NCBI GenBank assembly: GCA_965112155.1
Contig: OZ218103.1
Origin: Podarcis liolepis
Taxonomy: Eukaryota
Length of the DNA stretch: 64,000 bases
Strand: one strand, 5' to 3'
Shown here in pieces: positions 59,187 to 64,000 of the stretch (positions within the stretch are counted from its first letter, which is position 1; each line of letters opens with the position of its first letter). The position numbers and the translations under genes are program-made. A model generated the notes under the pieces. It did no database searches. It worked only from the letters and a program-made list of their open reading frames with translations, and was not told the origin of the DNA.

Positions 59187-59192
59187 AATAAA
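59187..59192 (+). terminator. RBM12: Candidate distal RBM12 poly(A) signal (others at 58017 and 59101)
   Basis: AATAAA at the end of an apparently repeat-free ~1.7-kb AT-rich 3'UTR. Confidence 0.55.
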
Positions 59193-61384
59193 AATATTAC
59201 ATTTTGAGGAAATTGCCTGAATAGGGAATGAGCATTTTCTACTTCTATTTTTAAAGTTTGTCCTCTAATTGCCAACTAGTTTGCAATCATATGGGTATGA
59301 CTGCAGGAATACAAATCCTGAAAAGTAAAATCATGAGGTTGAACTGAAAGGTTCTGTTTCATGAATGAAATGACTTCTTTCAATCACTGATGACTATTTC
59401 CATGGATGGGCAGTCCCTTTAATGAGTGGAATGGAACCTTTGGATTTAGCCCAATGTTTTATTTCAAGAATTGGTTGAATTATGAAAGTAGTATGTAGAT
59501 GAATTGGTAACCGTACTTAAATATTGAAAAATCCTAGCATTGCTTTTGTTGATGTTAACTTCAATTAAACTGGTGGTTTTTAGTCCTCTCTCACTTAATG
59601 GTTTTGAACGCTTCATTTCACTTTGAAGTGGGATTGTTAGGATACTTCTGCAAATACTCTAGAAAATACAGCAGGGTACTAGGAAACTCTTGTAGATGTG
59701 TTTCTTCAGATTGTTATGCAGATGGTGTTTGAAATCCCATCTGATTCATATCCTGTATACTGTTTAAAAATTAAAAAATAGTGCACTAGTAAATCTTTTT
59801 TAAAATGAGAGGATATATTTGTCTGAAGTTTTTAAAATTGCAGCTGATCTTGCTAAAACTATACTCAAAGCTTAATATTTATATTTGGTGTTTATATACT
59901 GTCCAATTAATCATGTCCTCTGGTCAGTGGCTATATTGACACTTTAACACCTCAGTATACATATCAGATATTGGAAAATTCAAGTGATGTTATTGTAGGG
60001 GTTTTCTTGGTGTACAAGCTGAAATTAATTTGGGAGCTTGTGTTAAAGTTTTGATGAGAAGACAATGTTTTCCTGGAAAATTCTGCAAGATGGATTGGAT
60101 CCTAGAAACCACTTACAGAATGTGCTGTCTCACCCACTCCAGGATCAGAGGATCTTTATGTATATGGAGTAGGGAGTTATAAGACACCACAGAACCCACC
60201 TTGCATTAACAGAAATTGATTCTTCCCATACTAGAGTCCCCTTTTATTCCAACTCAATGAGTAGAACAAACAGCTAAATTTTGCTTATTTTATCTAAAAA
60301 CTTCACAGTGCAATCTTATGCCTATTTACTCAGAAGTCAGTCCCATTGAGTTCAATGGGACTTATTCTTAGGTAATTATGTATAAGATTATATTCACAGT
60401 ATGATTTCCGGTGTACAACAGATTGTCACCCTCATTGGAGTAGCCAAATAATATTTGTTTAGAGATGAAAGGCCAGAGAAATACAAGCAATATGTCTTTC
60501 AGATTCCAGTTAGATTTGTCTTTAATATTGGAGGTCCCAGTGGCATCTGTTAAATGAAACACGTTTCACCAGTTTCACCTAGTGTGCCTGCTGCAGTGCC
60601 TCCTGGGCATAATTCGCCTTTCTACAGATCTTTGCTGTTAACATCCACACTGCATACTGTTGTATGTAGGGTGTCCAAACTTCACTTGAAATAGCTGCTT
60701 GGAACTTATCCTGCCAGTATATATTATGTTTTAATCTTAATTCAGTTGGTTGGATCCTGAGAGAAAATGAGTGGAACTCTGCTCACACAATGGGGTTTTC
60801 TTTGCTCATCTTCCACACATCAATCTTCTGTGCCTCCTGAAAAGCTGTTCCTGAAGGTCAAGGGTCCTTTTGAACACTGTTTGATGGGGCATGTGACTGC
60901 AGCAGGAAATGGGTACAGCTTGAGAGGGCTGCCTTGTACAAATGGAAGTGCCTTTCTGCTTTTAGGAAATATCTTTGGATCCAAGCCATTGAGTACAAGT
61001 AAAGTACTGGTCTTGATTGAAAGTTCAGAATTGGGGCTTCTGAAGGGTGTCTGATTCTGTGCAAATGTCTAAATTCCTTGAGATCTTTAGAGAACCTACT
61101 GTGGGTGCCCCTGCTTTTGGAGATTCAGTGGATGACTAATGGGGATAGGGTGCTGTGAGTGGTGATGTCCAATTGATTGAATAAATTGATAGAACCACTT
61201 AGCTAGCCCCAAACTTTGCTAGCCTTTAGCTAACATTGGGGAGCATTAGATGGATTTAATTATATTTTTTGCTCTGCTAACGTTATTTAAGGAGCAGTAT
61301 TGTAGGAGGCATAGTGAGTCTTGTTTCTCAACATGTAGCTGATGTTCTCTAAGAGTATGAAATTAATATACTTCTATATGAACC

Positions 61385-61628
61385 AATGGCTTCAAGTTAC
61401 AAGAAAGGAGATTCCAACTAAACATCAGGAAAAACCTCACAGTAAGAGCTGTTCGACGGTGGAACGGTCTCCCTCGGGAGGTTGTGGACCCTCCTTCCTT
61501 GGAGGTTTTTAAGCAAAGGTTGGGTGGCCATCTGCTATGGATGCTTTAACTGAGATTCCTGAATTGCAGGAGGATGGACTAGATGACCCTTGGGGTACCT
61601 TCCAACTGTACAATTCTATGATTCTATA
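61385..61628 (+). mobile_element. CR1 LINE 3' end
   Basis: AATGGCTTCAAGTTACAAGAAAGGAGATTCC...GGACTAGATGACCC...(ATTCTATG) tail. Confidence 0.85.
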
Positions 61629-63647
61629 ATCCAGTTTTCTAGATTTTGATTAGAATTTTATAAACTGCCTTTCTGCTTTAGAGTATTTGAAGCAGTGTTC
61701 AGGAAAAACACCTAATAGTACACTGCCAGAGTATACAGCACTTTATTAAATCAAATACCACACAGGTATTCACCATGAGGAGGCTACTTACTAAATTCTA
61801 ACTATGAGAAAGAAGAAAAACGTATAGAAGAGAGATAAAGGTGGAAGGAATAATTTTTGTGTTCAGCTGCATACATTTAGGCATTTTGTCTTTGGGTGAG
61901 AAGCCTTTATGGAAGATAGATGTTTTGAGATGTGATGCAATATTGATTTATAAAGAGGAGCAAACAGTAGAGCCATTTAAGTGAGCAGTGGCTTTTGGGA
62001 AGCAGAGGACACCAAACATGATGGTGCCCATTATTATGACACTTCACTGTAAACACCTCTAAGAAGTTTACATAAAATATATAATATTACAACAAAGAAT
62101 AAATAAATACTGCCTCAACAAAGAAGTTTTTAGCAGGCACCAAAAATAGTACAGCAAAGGCACCTGTATAATGCCGAAAGGAATTGCGTTCCAGAGGAGG
62201 TGTGGCATTAACAGCATTGTAGGCAGTATTGAGTTCAGTACACTAAATAGGGGTCAGCAGCTGGAAGGACTTGTGCCAAATTCATCCAGCCAGCAACACA
62301 GAGGCAGAAGAGATGTTGAGGCTGCTGTGGCATCAGCTTTCTGGCAGGCCACTTTTTAGGAACTGCATGTGGGATTTTGGCAAATAAGCACCCACTCATT
62401 AAAGTGAGAGGAAATTCAGTGAGAGGAAAACACTGCTGACTAGCAGCATACAGAAATTTGTTTTTGATCTGTTGTTGGTCTGCTGGTGCATAAGACATTA
62501 GTCCTTACACTGCATAAGTGATTGATTGTAAAGAGCATATGGAAGGGACACTGCCAGATTTCTGAAATTGTGATAATTTCTCGTAGTGAAAAATGCTTTG
62601 TTTTGGTGTTTCTATTCTACATAGCATGGTTACTTGTGCGAGGAACTTGGCTTTGTGTTTGTATTTTTTAAAAAGCAAAATTCTGCATTAAAAGAAGAAA
62701 ATTCCTGCAGCCTGTCTAAATTACACAACTTAATTTTGCTTGCTTCTGCTTCTCCTTATTTATTGCCCATGCACTTAATCTCTGTCCATGATACCTAGAG
62801 ACTTGGACTTTGTATTCAAAGTTTTCATGTAAATCGTGGTTTTATGTATTTATGCAGACTTGTATACAGGCAGCTTTATTATTTTATTTGTTGTGTGTGT
62901 GGCCAAGGACATATGTCTCTCCCAGTATATATTCACAGCTGCCTTTATGAAGAATAGTGACTGTCCAAGGATTTACACAGTGCTCTTCATGGCTTAGTGG
63001 GGATTTGAATGTGGGTCTCTCCTAGGTCCAACAAAATTCTGTTGTAGCTTAGGTGTGTGTGCACAACTGTCCCCTGTTGTAACTATTATTTTTGGTGCAA
63101 GACTTAAGTTCTAATTGGTGGCAATAAAGTTTATTGCAAAATGTGCCTGAGCATATGAAAAGTGATAGGTTGCAGGGTACTCAAGCTACAATTGCGGCAA
63201 TTGAGAACTTTTTCGGGCAGCCTTTCTTTTGATTTCAGGTCCTTTCTGTGGATTTTGAGATTTGTAGGTTAGCTAGCTTTGGCCTTTGCAGTACAGTGTT
63301 TGGTGAAATAGTTACTTGCAACAAGTTTAGAAAATTGTTGTTTTTCCTTTCTTCTGACTTGTACTTCTTTTACTCAGAACAAGTTTAAATGTATTCAGCA
63401 CTTAGATGGTTTAGCTCACAAGTTTATTAATACATGGGCCTTCCACCAAAAACCGAATGTGTCATATGTGAGAGACAGATATTTTTGTGCTAAAGTTGGT
63501 TACTATGGTGCAGCAGAACATTAGTTTGCAGGTTCAATGTGAGGTTTGTGCTCTACCTTTTAAACCAGGATTTGCTGAATGATCCTCTTAAACTTGTTTA
63601 GGTGTAGTTAACAGATATTTCTCAAATACATATAGATTAATTCCAGA

Positions 63648-63920
63648 GTAGTTGTTCCCAAACTTTTTTCCCCCATGGGCCACTTGAAAATTGGTTGGCA
63701 GACCACTTAGTTATTTTTCTTCCTGTTGTAGCAATAGTCATGCACTTGCAGATGCTGTGTGATTTTTACTTGTATTTAATTGTATTACAACTTGTATTCC
63801 AGAGAATAAAATTGTAATACTATATGAGAAATGAAAAGATAAAATTCAAATGAATATTTATGGTGGACATGCTATGGATCACCTGGGTGAAGCTTGCAGA
63901 CCACAGTTCAGAAACCCTTG
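63648..63920. mobile_element. Decayed hAT (MER20-like) MITE
   Basis: TAGTTGTTCCCAAACTTTTT...GACCACAGTTCAGAAACCCTTG termini. Confidence 0.45.
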
Positions 63921-64000
63921 CTGTAGAACCTTGTTAAAGTTTTCAGAACAGTGAAACTTTGCATACAAGTAATGCAATGCTTAATTGAAGATACATGCAT

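Noticed and set aside
1-64000. Prokaryotic-type systems (CRISPR arrays, operons) or an autonomous transposase/intact LINE
   Set aside because: This is spliced vertebrate DNA; I saw no repeat-spacer array, and all TE coding remnants are truncated or frameshifted

Overview
Vertebrate genomic DNA from a squamate, most likely a lacertid lizard judging by its Sauria/Squam SINEs, BovB, CR1/L2 fragments and Tigger/hAT MITEs. The window holds the conserved housekeeping cluster syntenic with human 20q11.22. In order: RBM39 (+; 14 coding exons matching human exons 4-17, 7671-24413, 5' exons upstream of the window), ROMO1 (-; complete 79-aa CDS), NFS1 (+; complete 13-exon, 441-aa CDS, head-to-head with ROMO1 on a <172-bp shared CpG promoter), the RBM12/CPNE1 CpG promoter with a non-coding exon, and single-coding-exon RBM12, whose start falls in a 179-N gap. 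The rest is presumably CPNE1 intron. I found no wholly new gene system. The best second-look items are a candidate 73-nt poison exon in RBM39 next to inverted SINEs, an inverted SINE pair bracketing the RS-domain exons, a GC-AG intron after the NFS1 catalytic exon, a 5S-headed/CR1-tailed SINE, and MITEs carrying GC-rich palindromic minisatellites. Human comparisons and repeat family names are from recall, not from searches.
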